Below, in pieces: positions 33,939 through 42,870 of a stretch of DNA of 64,000 nt; position 1 is the first letter of the stretch; every line of letters starts with the position of its first letter. The position numbers were made by a program, and so were the translations under genes. The notes beneath the pieces are model-generated. The model ran no database searches and was not told the origin of the DNA. It was given only the letters and a program-made list of their open reading frames with translations. This DNA is from a virus. The DNA lies in IMG/VR virus record IMGVR_UViG_3300037493_005727, positions 69,091 to 133,090 of that record; one strand, 5' to 3'.

Positions 33939-36798
33939 CGTTTGAGTACTCCTTGATCAGGGTATTGGCTAGGTAAGCATCTAGTGACTTGAGCTCTCCG
34001 TATGAGGGTCCTACTTCGTAGTCCCACTTGAAGGCAACCGGGAGCCAGGGATGCGCAATCGCTGCCCCCTTTTCCAAGTGGGTGTAGATGAAGTCCGGCA
34101 ACTGCGCTGCGTACTTCTTCTTGATCTGGAAACCTATGCTGTCATGTACGGTCAAGAGCAACCGGCCTCCTAGTTCCCGCAACGGCTCTTCGATTGCTAC
34201 GAGGCGTCCCATGACGATGTCAGAGCTCGTGCTCTGGATCTTGAAGTTCACCGTCTGTCGTTCGGCGCGCCCAAGCAAGTACTTCGGGGCTCCCACGACG
34301 CTAAAACGACGGCGCCTCCCGAAGAACGTCTCGACGAATCCGAACTGCTGCAGCTCCCATCGAGTCTGAGCCATGTACGTTTTGATCGACGGGAACATTG
34401 CGAACAGCATGTGAATGAGACGTTCTGCTTGCTGAACACTGATACCAATTGTCTCCGCGATTTTATGAGGCCCGGCTCCGTACAGGATCCCGAACACCAC
34501 TCGCTTCACAGCCGTTCGAAACTTGTCCAACATCTCGCCGTACTTCTTGTTGATCTCCTTGATCTTCTCCCTGTTCGCGAAGTCCTCGTACGTCAAGGGG
34601 TATGCGTCGTCCAGGTTCATGCTCGTCAGCACTTCGGCGGCACCTTCGCTTTCGCGAACGAGCTCGATGATCTTGGAGGCGATGAAGCAGTGCGTGTCCT
34701 GCCCTGCGTTCAGAGACGCTATGAGGGCGGGGTCCTGGCAGTAAGCGGTGAGGATTCGGACTTCAGCGCCCTTGGCGTCCGCGTTGACGAAGAGGTCCTC
34801 ATCTTCGTCGTCCACGACGAACACCTTCTTGATGTTCACGCCCGCCAGCTTCTTCGGGATGTTTTGCATGTTCTCATCGTTGGATGAGAGTCGCCCTGAG
34901 TTCGTCCCGTGCTGGTTGTAGTTCGTGTGTAGGAACCCGTCGAGCTCTGACAGGTCACCCACGTTCTGGCAGAACGTGTTCTTCGCCTTGAACGCTTTGG
35001 CGTAGATCAGTTTCTTGGACGCGAAGGGGCACCCGTACTTAGCCACCAGGAACTGCATGACCTTCTCGGTGGTCTGAGTCTGCCCTTTCTTGGTCTTCGA
35101 GACTCCTTCCAGCGGATACTTGGTGTGCACGCCTGTCGTCGGATGCACGAAGCCTGTGTCGAACAACACTCGGGCAATCTCTGCGGGGCTGTTGAGCTTG
35201 AGCTCGGTCCCCGCCATGGCGTACAGCGCGTCCGTCGATTCCTGAACCACCTTCCCCAGGTCCTCCTGCAACTTCATCAAGTAGGGACGGTCGATTCGAA
35301 TGCCCTGAAACTCCATACGAGCGAGCGCCGGGGTCACGGGGAAAACGATCTTCCTCGCGAGCTGCCGTACTGGCTGCGGGTCCTTGCACAGCTGAGGAAT
35401 TTCGTAGGAGGGGATGTTCTTGGCGGCGAGGGTAGCGTTGTAGCGCCCCACCTTGACCTTCTTGTCGATGACCGCGTTGTTCTCGAGGACGATACGCTTC
35501 TCTTGCAGTCCGACGAGTCGGCGGGTCATGTCGGCGTCTACCGCCGCGTACAGGAGCAGCGTCGCGAGAGGGATGTTTTCGAACCCCCCGTCATTCTCCA
35601 TCCCCGCCTTCTTCTTTCGACCGCCAGCGACGGTGGCCTTGAGAGCCTTGCGGAGGTTGTGCAGCTGCGAGTCCCCTTCTTCCTTCGTGAGGATCTCGTG
35701 CAGAGAGTCCGCGTAGGATGCGAAGTCGGGGAAGTTGGTCCGGGTCAGAGGCTTGAGACCGTACTGGCCCTTCTTATCCTCCTCGAGCACGTGCTCGCCC
35801 GTCATGCTGTCCCAGATGAAGTTGACTAGCGCCCACCCCATCTTCAGAAAGACTTTGTAGTCGAACTTGAAGTTGTGGAAGAACTTCGGCTTCTTACACG
35901 CGAGCACTTCGAGGACGTACGGGACGACCTCTTCTGGCGTGTACTGGACTCCGGGGTGCCACAGAGGAATGGCTGTCGCTTTTCCCTCGGCCCACGCGAA
36001 GGACACTGCGAGGACCTTCAGCTTCTCCCGATGCGGGAACTTGGTGTTCGTCTCAGTGTCGACTGAGATGGGCCAGTTCTCTGGGGCGACGTTTCCCTCC
36101 GAGTAGTTGATGATCTCTTGGCAGACAGCTTTGACCTCTTCGACCGTCGTTGGGATCTTGTAATCTTTAGTCAGCGTTTCCAGCGCAGGGACAGTGTTGA
36201 AGCCCCCGGATTTTACCGCGTCAGCGGCTCGCCGTAGATCGGAGGTGAACGATGTATAGAGCCCTGGCATTGCCACGAGCTGCTTGGTTGAGATAGTGAC
36301 GACCACGTCGAAACGCCGTTCGCCTGTGAAGATCCCCCCCACTGTCTGCTGGGGCAGAAGGCGCCCCTGCATGTCTTTTAACTTCATCGCTTTGATGTCC
36401 AGCGCTCTGACCGCGGTCATCCCCATGATGAGGAGAACCGGCTTCTTCTTGGAGAGCGTTAGATCGGACTGAAGGAGCGTCTTGCACCGCTGGAGTACGG
36501 CTTTAGCCGGTTCAGGATCGCCTTGATTACTTGTGCACTTGACCGCGTAGGTATACGCGAAGGTCAGGTCTTTGTAGTCCGGGAACTGGCGGAGATTTTC
36601 TATCGCTGTTCGGATGATCTTTCCGCTGTCGTCCTGGAAAAGTAGAGGTACTTTCCCGTAGCGGTCACATACCGGCGCCTCTGCGATGATGATGAGATCG
36701 GCGTTGGAGGCGACCGGCGAGTCTATGTACTCGTACGGGTGCGTCGCCGATGATTGTTCTCGAGGACACCCAACGCAAATCGGGTGAAGCTTAGGCAT
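33883..36798 (-). CDS. DNA polymerase, family A (Pol I-like) with 3'-5' exonuclease domain and N-terminal family-4 UDG-like domain
   Basis: 971 aa. SVDTETN (Exo I) and YAAVDADMTRRL (Exo III). Motif B KRVVFGILYGAGPHKIAE (R-x3-K-x3-FG-x2-YG). Motif C LLTVHDSIGF (HDE-type). N-terminal CVGCPRE...IIIAEAPVCDRYGKVPLLFQ...GKII resembles a 4Fe-4S family-4 uracil-DNA glycosylase (GEAPG-like). Confidence 0.88.
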   Translation of the reverse strand: MPKLHPICVGCPREQSSATHPYEYIDSPVASNADLIIIAEAPVCDRYGKVPLLFQDDSGKIIRTAIENLRQFPDYKDLTFAYTYAVKCTSNQGDPEPAKAVLQRCKTLLQSDLTLSKKKPVLLIMGMTAVRALDIKAMKLKDMQGRLLPQQTVGGIFTGERRFDVVVTISTKQLVAMPGLYTSFTSDLRRAADAVKSGGFNTVPALETLTKDYKIPTTVEEVKAVCQEIINYSEGNVAPENWPISVDTETNTKFPHREKLKVLAVSFAWAEGKATAIPLWHPGVQYTPEEVVPYVLEVLACKKPKFFHNFKFDYKVFLKMGWALVNFIWDSMTGEHVLEEDKKGQYGLKPLTRTNFPDFASYADSLHEILTKEEGDSQLHNLRKALKATVAGGRKKKAGMENDGGFENIPLATLLLYAAVDADMTRRLVGLQEKRIVLENNAVIDKKVKVGRYNATLAAKNIPSYEIPQLCKDPQPVRQLARKIVFPVTPALARMEFQGIRIDRPYLMKLQEDLGKVVQESTDALYAMAGTELKLNSPAEIARVLFDTGFVHPTTGVHTKYPLEGVSKTKKGQTQTTEKVMQFLVAKYGCPFASKKLIYAKAFKAKNTFCQNVGDLSELDGFLHTNYNQHGTNSGRLSSNDENMQNIPKKLAGVNIKKVFVVDDEDEDLFVNADAKGAEVRILTAYCQDPALIASLNAGQDTHCFIASKIIELVRESEGAAEVLTSMNLDDAYPLTYEDFANREKIKEINKKYGEMLDKFRTAVKRVVFGILYGAGPHKIAETIGISVQQAERLIHMLFAMFPSIKTYMAQTRWELQQFGFVETFFGRRRRFSVVGAPKYLLGRAERQTVNFKIQSTSSDIVMGRLVAIEEPLRELGGRLLLTVHDSIGFQIKKKYAAQLPDFIYTHLEKGAAIAHPWLPVAFKWDYEVGPSYGELKSLDAYLANTLIKEYSNDAAEAYTEEEVRTALAEV

Positions 36799-36843
36799 TA
36801 CACGCTCCTCGGTTAGGGCCGCCGCACGAGGAGAGCTCGTGGG

Positions 36844-37659
36844 CTATTTCTTGAAGTTGGGGCAGATCCCCTTGTAGCCGCACCAGTCACACCACCAACC
36901 CTCCTTCGGAGCGGGCGGTGCTTGCAGCCCGGCGCAGGAATCAGTGAGGAACTTGATGAGCCACGGGTGGTACTCGTTCCGAATGGTCTCCGCGCTGACG
37001 CGCGGATTCCACAACAGCTGGTCCGTCTGAACAAAGTTGATGGCCGTCTGTACACCCTTGAGCTCTGGGCGGAAGGCGAGCGCCAGGACGCAGTACGCTT
37101 TGCACTGGTCCTCGTACATCGACATCTCTTTTTGCTTTCCCGACTTGTGGTCGATGACGACGGCGTCGCCATGCCCTGTGATCATAGTGAAGTCGAGAAC
37201 CCCGCGGAATAGCCCGGTCTTGTCGAAGAACTGGATGTTCTTGAAGTCTTTGGACATCCCGATCTTGTACTCAATCAGGACGTTTTGAGGCTTGACGCCG
37301 TGCTTCAGCTTGAATCGGTTGATGTATTCCACGAACCGTGCGACCTGGTCGTAGAAGCTCATCACCGTCTCAGCTTCGTCGTTGGTCATCTCGCCTTGGT
37401 CGATGGCGAAGCGGAAGGAGTCCTTCACCTTCAATCCGTCGAGCGCGAACTCGAGCGCCTTGTGCACCACGACCCCGACGCGGCTTTCCACCGAGGAAGC
37501 TCGAGGCTCCTCCGGCTGCCTCTGCGTTCCGTACTTGAAGTCGTATTGGAGCGAACACTTGGCGATCACCCCCGCCTTGGAGAAGGACCACGGACCGTTT
37601 TTCTGGACGTACTCGGGGACGACGAGATCCATGGCACACCTCGCAAGAAGAAGGTGCAC
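36844..37659 (-). CDS. Cas4-like PD-(D/E)XK nuclease (RecB-family exonuclease with 4-Cys cluster)
   Basis: GHGDAVVIDHKSGK (D...D/E-x-K), QCKAYCVLA (QxxxY), and the N-terminal Cys plus C-terminal CDWCGYKGICP cluster typical of Cas4/AddB-type Fe-S nucleases. Confidence 0.7.
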   Translation of the reverse strand: MHLLLARCAMDLVVPEYVQKNGPWSFSKAGVIAKCSLQYDFKYGTQRQPEEPRASSVESRVGVVVHKALEFALDGLKVKDSFRFAIDQGEMTNDEAETVMSFYDQVARFVEYINRFKLKHGVKPQNVLIEYKIGMSKDFKNIQFFDKTGLFRGVLDFTMITGHGDAVVIDHKSGKQKEMSMYEDQCKAYCVLALAFRPELKGVQTAINFVQTDQLLWNPRVSAETIRNEYHPWLIKFLTDSCAGLQAPPAPKEGWWCDWCGYKGICPNFKK

Positions 37660-37711
37660 GAGCAGACGCAGGGCCCTGTCGAGGAGCCCTGCGCCCGCTG
37701 TGCGTTACTGC

Positions 37712-38764
37712 TTAGACGTCCTTCGAGTAGTCCGGCGCTGTATCAGTGTCGCCCTTGACGAACGCCTTCTCGTCGAATGCCGGGGTGGACCCAGCACCAG
37801 CTGCACCACCGGCTTCCGTGCTGTTCTTCAGACGGTCGTGGATGTTGGCCAGCGCCGCGTAGTAGATGTCCGTGTCGATGATCTTGGACAGCGCGGTGAA
37901 CAGCGGGTGCAGCTTCGGGTCGGTGTTCGCCTTGGTCGCGTCAGCTACCGGGTTCGTCTGGATGACGTACCACTTCTTGTCGCCCTCGACGCGCTCCTTC
38001 GCCTCGAAGGTGAACCAGCGGTCCCAGAGGCTGTTGGACTTCTTCATGATGCCCATCAGCGCACGGCCAGCGCCTTCGCTGGTCTTGCTGAACTTCAGCT
38101 CGTAGATGGACGTCATCTCCTGGTCGAGCAGGTACGCGGTGACTTCCCGCATGCAGCCGCCCTGGCTGTACTGGCGGACGCTGGGGTTGAGCGGGCAGGC
38201 GTCGCAGTTGCCGTACTTGCTCCCGGTCTTTCGGTCGACCGACACGCAGATCGGCGCCTTGCTTTCCTTGCTGTCGTTGGACTTCGGCGGCCAGAGGATC
38301 TGGCCTTCGTAGATGGCCAGGGGGACGGCGGTGAACTTCTCCCCGAGGATGCGGGAATCCGCCGAGTAGAACTGGCCAGGCAGGCACTGGCGCGGGCGGA
38401 GCGGGTCATTGCCGGTGCCGTGGTACGGCTTCAGGGCGGTCGGCTCGAACCCGGTGGACGAAGTGTGCAACCCCTGCTTCTCGGGGTTGGTCTTCGACAC
38501 CAGCGTCATCATCGCTTCTTGTCCCGCCTCCGGGAGCTTCATCACGATGTCCATGAGCTCGGAGGGGGTGGGGCGCTTGAGCATCAGCGCTCGGGCGCGA
38601 ACTTCCTCGGGGAGACGCGCTGCCAGGGCCTTGCGGGCGGCGAAATCCGAGGAGATACTCGCATCTGCCGCCGGAACGATAGCAGCGGGTGCAGGAGCGG
38701 CAGCGGTTTCGATGGGCGCGGCGGGTGCTTCCACTGCGGGGGTGGTATCAGGCTTCTTGGCCAT
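37712..38764 (-). CDS. hypothetical protein (candidate ssDNA-binding/annealing partner of the adjacent nuclease)
   Basis: 350 aa with an Ala/Pro-rich N-terminus and a GNCDACP motif. Function inferred only from its position next to the Cas4-like exonuclease. Confidence 0.45.
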   Translation of the reverse strand: MAKKPDTTPAVEAPAAPIETAAAPAPAAIVPAADASISSDFAARKALAARLPEEVRARALMLKRPTPSELMDIVMKLPEAGQEAMMTLVSKTNPEKQGLHTSSTGFEPTALKPYHGTGNDPLRPRQCLPGQFYSADSRILGEKFTAVPLAIYEGQILWPPKSNDSKESKAPICVSVDRKTGSKYGNCDACPLNPSVRQYSQGGCMREVTAYLLDQEMTSIYELKFSKTSEGAGRALMGIMKKSNSLWDRWFTFEAKERVEGDKKWYVIQTNPVADATKANTDPKLHPLFTALSKIIDTDIYYAALANIHDRLKNSTEAGGAAGAGSTPAFDEKAFVKGDTDTAPDYSKDV

Positions 38765-38885
38765 GTCGGTACTCCGTTGATTTTGCGGGTGAGTTGGTTT
38801 TGTGGTTTACAGGTGTTGTTTTGGTCCGGCGACCCTACCGCGTCGTCGGGGTGGATACAAGCTCTAAAGCGAGGGTCATTAGGGA
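38765..38885. promoter_or_regulatory. T-rich divergent promoter region
   Basis: TTGATTTTGCGGGTGAGTTGGTTTTGTGGTTTACAGGTGTTGTTTTGGTCC contains three TTGnTTTTG repeats, and is unusually AT-rich for this genome. It lies between a leftward gene start (38764) and the rightward sigma gene (38886). Confidence 0.4.
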
Positions 38886-39719
38886 ATGAGCGCTATGGAA
38901 AACGACCGCGTTGTCTCAGCGTATTTCGCCGATTTACGCGGTAACTCGTTTGTTCCTCAGAAGGAAGAGTACGACCTTGTTAAGGCGTACAGGACCTGCT
39001 CCTCCTGCCGAGCGTCTTACGCTCTTGGAGCGTCTACCTCCAAGTGCGCCAAGTGCGGGACTCCGCGAAACTTCAAGGCGCGAGATCGCCTGATCTCTGG
39101 CGCCCTGAGATTCGTTGTGAAGCTCGCCAAGGAATACTCCTTTCGAACGAAAGGTCCCAATTTCGATAACGAAGTTCTCACCGCTTTGATCTCCGCGGGG
39201 AATGTAGGGCTACTGGTCGCAGCTGACCGCTTTGACGTGACACGCAATACGAAGTTCTTGACGTACGCGGCTTGGTGGGTTCGAGAGAAGATCCTCGAGG
39301 AGTTGGACAGCCAGGGCATTATTCGCGTGCCCGCCCACAAGCAGAAGGCTCTCCGCGCCCAGCGAAAACACGGCGGAGGTACTGAAGTTGAAGCGCCCCA
39401 CGTCACACTAGATGACGTCGAGGCGATCGATGACGCTGGTCATTGTGAGCAGCGTCTTGAGAAAGATCTCGTCAATACCTACGGCCTTGCGCTGCTCCGC
39501 GCAGCCCTGGATGAGCTCTCGCTTCGTGAGCGAGACAAGTACATCGTCCTGGCGTACTACGGTTCCCGAGAGGAGCCGAAGAATCTTCGACAGATCTCCA
39601 AACGCGTAGACCTCTCCTCGGAACGCGTGCGCCAGATCAAGAAGGACACGATGGACCAGCTCCGCACGTACCTGGCGGCCAATCAAGTATCGGCCACCAG
39701 GGACGTGTTCGCGGAGTAG
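38886..39719 (+). CDS. RNA polymerase sigma factor, sigma-70 family (regions 2-4 only)
   Basis: LISAGNVGLLVAADRFDVTRNTKFLTYAAWWVREKI (region 2.1-2.4). LSLRERDKYIVLAYYG...NLRQISKRVDLSSERVRQIKKDTMDQLR (region 4 HTH). Confidence 0.8.
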   Translation: MSAMENDRVVSAYFADLRGNSFVPQKEEYDLVKAYRTCSSCRASYALGASTSKCAKCGTPRNFKARDRLISGALRFVVKLAKEYSFRTKGPNFDNEVLTALISAGNVGLLVAADRFDVTRNTKFLTYAAWWVREKILEELDSQGIIRVPAHKQKALRAQRKHGGGTEVEAPHVTLDDVEAIDDAGHCEQRLEKDLVNTYGLALLRAALDELSLRERDKYIVLAYYGSREEPKNLRQISKRVDLSSERVRQIKKDTMDQLRTYLAANQVSATRDVFAE

Positions 39720-40685
39720 CTACTTCAGCCGGAGGTCGGCCGCGAGCGTGATGCCCTTGAGGATCAGGCGGTATTCCTCACGCTTCTTGGCGCTCTCCGC
39801 GTTCACTTCTTTCCGTTTGTAGCTGACCATCAGCTCGCGGATGTCTTCCTTCTTGAGCGGGTGGAAGTCCGAGTCGACGTAGTACTCGACAGCCTTCTCC
39901 GTCGGCGCAGGCTTCGCGACCTTCTTCTTCTTGGGCTTGGCTTCTCCGTCTTCTCCTTCGTCGTCAGGCTCAGCTTCCGCCGCGGCTTCCTTCGCCTTGG
40001 CAGCCAAGTGGGACACCTTGGCGTCGAGCGCTGCGACCGTGAGGTCCTCGGCCTCGAACATCAGGTCGTCGATGGCCTTGACGTCCGGCAGCAACCGGCA
40101 GAGCGCCCGTGCGTGCGTGAACGAGATTTTCCCGTCACGAAGCGCGTCAAGCACTGACTTCGGCAGCTCCAGCAGCGCCAGGTACTGCGACACGTAGCCC
40201 GGCGCAACGCCGATGGCCTGCGCCACTTCCTGCTGCTCGAGGCCGGTGTTCTTGATGAGCTTCGACAGGGCTCTGGCCTTGTCGATGGCGCTCATATCCT
40301 CCCTGTGGATGTTCTCAATGAGCGCCAACTTCAGGCGGCGATCCGCGTCCGCGTCGATGACGAGCGCCGGAATGGTGAGCATGTCCTCCAGGCTGCGTAC
40401 CGCGGTGAGGCGTCGATGGCCTGCGACCACGGAGTACTTCCCGGGGGTCTCAGACGCAGTTACGATGATGGGCTCCATGAGCCCTTCGGCTTGGATGCTC
40501 TTGGCGAGTCCTTCGATGTCGGGGAGCTCCCCGGTACGGACGTTGTCCCCAGCCTTGGTGACGATGTCCTTGAGCGGGAGATCTACGTACCTGCCCGGAG
40601 TTCTGGTTGATGACGCCTTCTTCTCGGGAACTGGAACAACGGGCGCGGCGGCTTCAGGTGACACAGGTGCTTCGGCGGTAGCCAT
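39720..40685 (-). CDS. ParB-like nuclease-domain protein
   Basis: GLMEPIIVTASETPGKYSVVAGHRRLTAVR is the ParB/Srx box (G-x-x-R), followed by an HTH-like region and an acidic/lysine-rich tail. Confidence 0.75.
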   Translation of the reverse strand: MATAEAPVSPEAAAPVVPVPEKKASSTRTPGRYVDLPLKDIVTKAGDNVRTGELPDIEGLAKSIQAEGLMEPIIVTASETPGKYSVVAGHRRLTAVRSLEDMLTIPALVIDADADRRLKLALIENIHREDMSAIDKARALSKLIKNTGLEQQEVAQAIGVAPGYVSQYLALLELPKSVLDALRDGKISFTHARALCRLLPDVKAIDDLMFEAEDLTVAALDAKVSHLAAKAKEAAAEAEPDDEGEDGEAKPKKKKVAKPAPTEKAVEYYVDSDFHPLKKEDIRELMVSYKRKEVNAESAKKREEYRLILKGITLAADLRLK

Positions 40686-40724
40686 AGGGCTCCTCCAGGT
40701 GAGGGGTGAATTGTTGGGAATGCG

Positions 40725-40982
40725 TTACCGGTCGTGGAACTCGCGAAGGAACGCGTCACGACTGATGTTGTGCATGACGAGTTTCTCCACCACCGTGCCC
40801 TCAACGATCTCGCCGACGAGGAAGAGGAATTCCCTCTCCATCTTCTCGACGGCCTGAGGCGTATTGTGGGCGGTGACCCACAGAGCACGGATCGCTTTGA
40901 GCTTGTAGACGAGGTGTTCTTGCGCAGCGAGGTGCCTGCGCGCTCTCGCCGTATTCTTGTTAGCGAGGCTTCGTAGGGGCAT
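40725..40982 (-). CDS. hypothetical protein (internal-Met start)
   Basis: The track ORF 40725..41063 has a Cys/Ala-rich leader that overlaps the upstream zinc-ribbon gene. The Met at 40982 is preferred. Confidence 0.35.
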   Translation of the reverse strand: MPLRSLANKNTARARRHLAAQEHLVYKLKAIRALWVTAHNTPQAVEKMEREFLFLVGEIVEGTVVEKLVMHNISRDAFLREFHDR

Positions 40983-41166
40983 GGGTCTCAGCCTCGAAAG
41001 GTTTGGAGCCGCATTTTTGGCACAACAGGATCCCTGTGACATCCAGAGGGCGAAGAGCTCCACCGCAGGAGGGACACTTCTTGGTCCCGGCTGCGGCTGT
41101 CTTCACATCGTCTTCTGTTTCCTCGACTCCGTACTTCTCGGTGTCTGTCACAGGGATCCCTTTCAT
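40960..41166 (-). CDS. small zinc-ribbon protein
   Basis: CPSCGG...CQKCG. Confidence 0.45.
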   Translation of the reverse strand: MKGIPVTDTEKYGVEETEDDVKTAAAGTKKCPSCGGALRPLDVTGILLCQKCGSKPFEAETHAPTKPR

Positions 41167-41170
41167 GAAG

Positions 41171-41515
41171 TTACGCCTTCTCGGGCGCTGCCTTTTCCTT
41201 CTTGGTCCGCGGCTTCCGCTCGCCGAGCTCGCTCACGCCCTCGAGCAGGTCTCCGACGCGGGTCGCGCACGAACGCTTTCCATCGTCCTTCGGGTCGCAC
41301 AGGTAGCTGTGCACCAGGCTCTTGTCGCCCAGAACCGCGAAGAAGTCCGGCAGGTCCTCCACGGGGAGGCTGGCGACGAAGTCCTGAAGCTTCTTCAAGA
41401 CGACCGCCTTACGCTTCTGATGCTCTTCGAGGGCCGTCGCTTCCGCGAGGGTCTCGAGGTTGATGATGTCTTCTCGATGACATCGGCTGCAGCTCATGCT
41501 CATCTTGATCGTCAC
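41171..41515 (-). CDS. hypothetical protein
   Basis: 114-aa ORF. Confidence 0.45.
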   Translation of the reverse strand: MTIKMSMSCSRCHREDIINLETLAEATALEEHQKRKAVVLKKLQDFVASLPVEDLPDFFAVLGDKSLVHSYLCDPKDDGKRSCATRVGDLLEGVSELGERKPRTKKEKAAPEKA

Positions 41516-41532
41516 TTGTGGCTCCTTGGGGG

Positions 41533-42435
41533 TTACTTCTTACCGCGGCACAGGTGGTAGAACGAGCAGTGGTCCTTGTTACAGGCCCAGTTGTCGATCT
41601 CCGTCTTGGGGAATACACCTTTTCGTACGAACTCCGCAACTTCGTTCACGTGGTCGATGAGGATTTCCACGTCTCTCGGGGCCCGCGTGCTCTCCGCCTG
41701 CAGGAAGGTCGGGGCCTTCTTGTGGGCGATGAGTTGGTCGATGCGCACATCCGGCGTGCCCTCCACGTGTGAGTAGAGGGTCAGCTGCGGGTCCAGGGCT
41801 ACTTCTTTGTCGCTCCACTTCGCCTTTCCGGTCTTCAGGTCGGCGACTACCAGCTTGGTCGGTGCTTCGGCCAACTGCGCTGCGCTCATTCCAGGCACGG
41901 CGATGGCGGACTGTCGGTCGATTAGGTCGATCCATCCGATCATCGGAACATCGCCAACCTTCTTGGCGAAGCCCTTCTCGATGGCGACCGGGTTGATCTT
42001 GGGCAGGGCGTACGTGGTGTACGTTTTGAACAAGTTCAGGGCCAGGTCCTTCGTCTTCCCGGGATCCTCTTCGCCCCAGTCAAGAACACCCTTCGCCTTC
42101 TCGTCGAAGGTTCGGCTCACGACTTCACGCCCCTCGTCGACGCTGGGCACCTTGCCCTCCATCTTCGCCTTGAGAACGTGTTCCACCCCCGCGTGAACCG
42201 CGTTGCCCCGGCTCGTTGAGGCGTAGTCCGGGGTTGAAATCTGCTGCACGTACTTGAACTCGTACGCCTTACCGCAGATCATCCAGCTGTTGTACTGCGA
42301 GTTCGAGAAGAAGCCTTTGGGGAGCTTCGGGTCGAGGAAGTCCCTCGTGATGTTCAGATTGCGGAGCAGTACGTCCGTCCGAGACTCTTTCATGTGGACT
42401 ACCTCTGGGTGATCGAGAACGTTTCCCTTTGTCAT
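41533..42435 (-). CDS. second Cas4-like PD-(D/E)XK nuclease
   Basis: IGWIDLIDRQ...KLVVADLKTGKAKW (D...D-x-K), QLTLYSHVE (QxxxY), an N-terminal Cys (WMICGKAY) and a C-terminal CNKDHCSFYHLC cluster. Confidence 0.65.
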   Translation of the reverse strand: MTKGNVLDHPEVVHMKESRTDVLLRNLNITRDFLDPKLPKGFFSNSQYNSWMICGKAYEFKYVQQISTPDYASTSRGNAVHAGVEHVLKAKMEGKVPSVDEGREVVSRTFDEKAKGVLDWGEEDPGKTKDLALNLFKTYTTYALPKINPVAIEKGFAKKVGDVPMIGWIDLIDRQSAIAVPGMSAAQLAEAPTKLVVADLKTGKAKWSDKEVALDPQLTLYSHVEGTPDVRIDQLIAHKKAPTFLQAESTRAPRDVEILIDHVNEVAEFVRKGVFPKTEIDNWACNKDHCSFYHLCRGKK

Positions 42436-42870
42436 TCAAACCTCATCGTCTTGACTGGTTGGCGCGATATCCGACCACCGACCCGATCGACGGGCCAGCT
42501 TCGGGTTTTCCCTGTCCAGCTGTGCTTCGAGGGCCTTGCTCGTGGCAAGCACGGACGCCGGGTGCACGGCTTCGTCGGACCCTTCTGACCCGTCTCTCCC
42601 GGGAGGCGGCGGTTCATCAGAGGCGTCGGGGTCGTCCCGCTGCCGTACCTCCTCCTTCGGAGCCTCTACCCTCTCTTTCGCGGCTCGACGCGCTGGAGCG
42701 TTGAAAGCGACCACGTTCTCCTCCCTCGGAGGTGCGTCGGTCATGGGGAGCCCGCTGACTTCGATTTCGAACGGGTCTGTTTTGATGATGACCTTCTCCG
42801 GATCGAGCTCAACGTCGAAGTGCTTCCCGAGGATGGCCACGACTTCACTCTTCTCCAAGATCAATCTCAT
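42436..42870 (-). CDS. hypothetical acidic protein
   Basis: 144-aa ORF, ATGA-chained to the helicase gene. Confidence 0.4.
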   Translation of the reverse strand: MRLILEKSEVVAILGKHFDVELDPEKVIIKTDPFEIEVSGLPMTDAPPREENVVAFNAPARRAAKERVEAPKEEVRQRDDPDASDEPPPPGRDGSEGSDEAVHPASVLATSKALEAQLDRENPKLARRSGRWSDIAPTSQDDEV

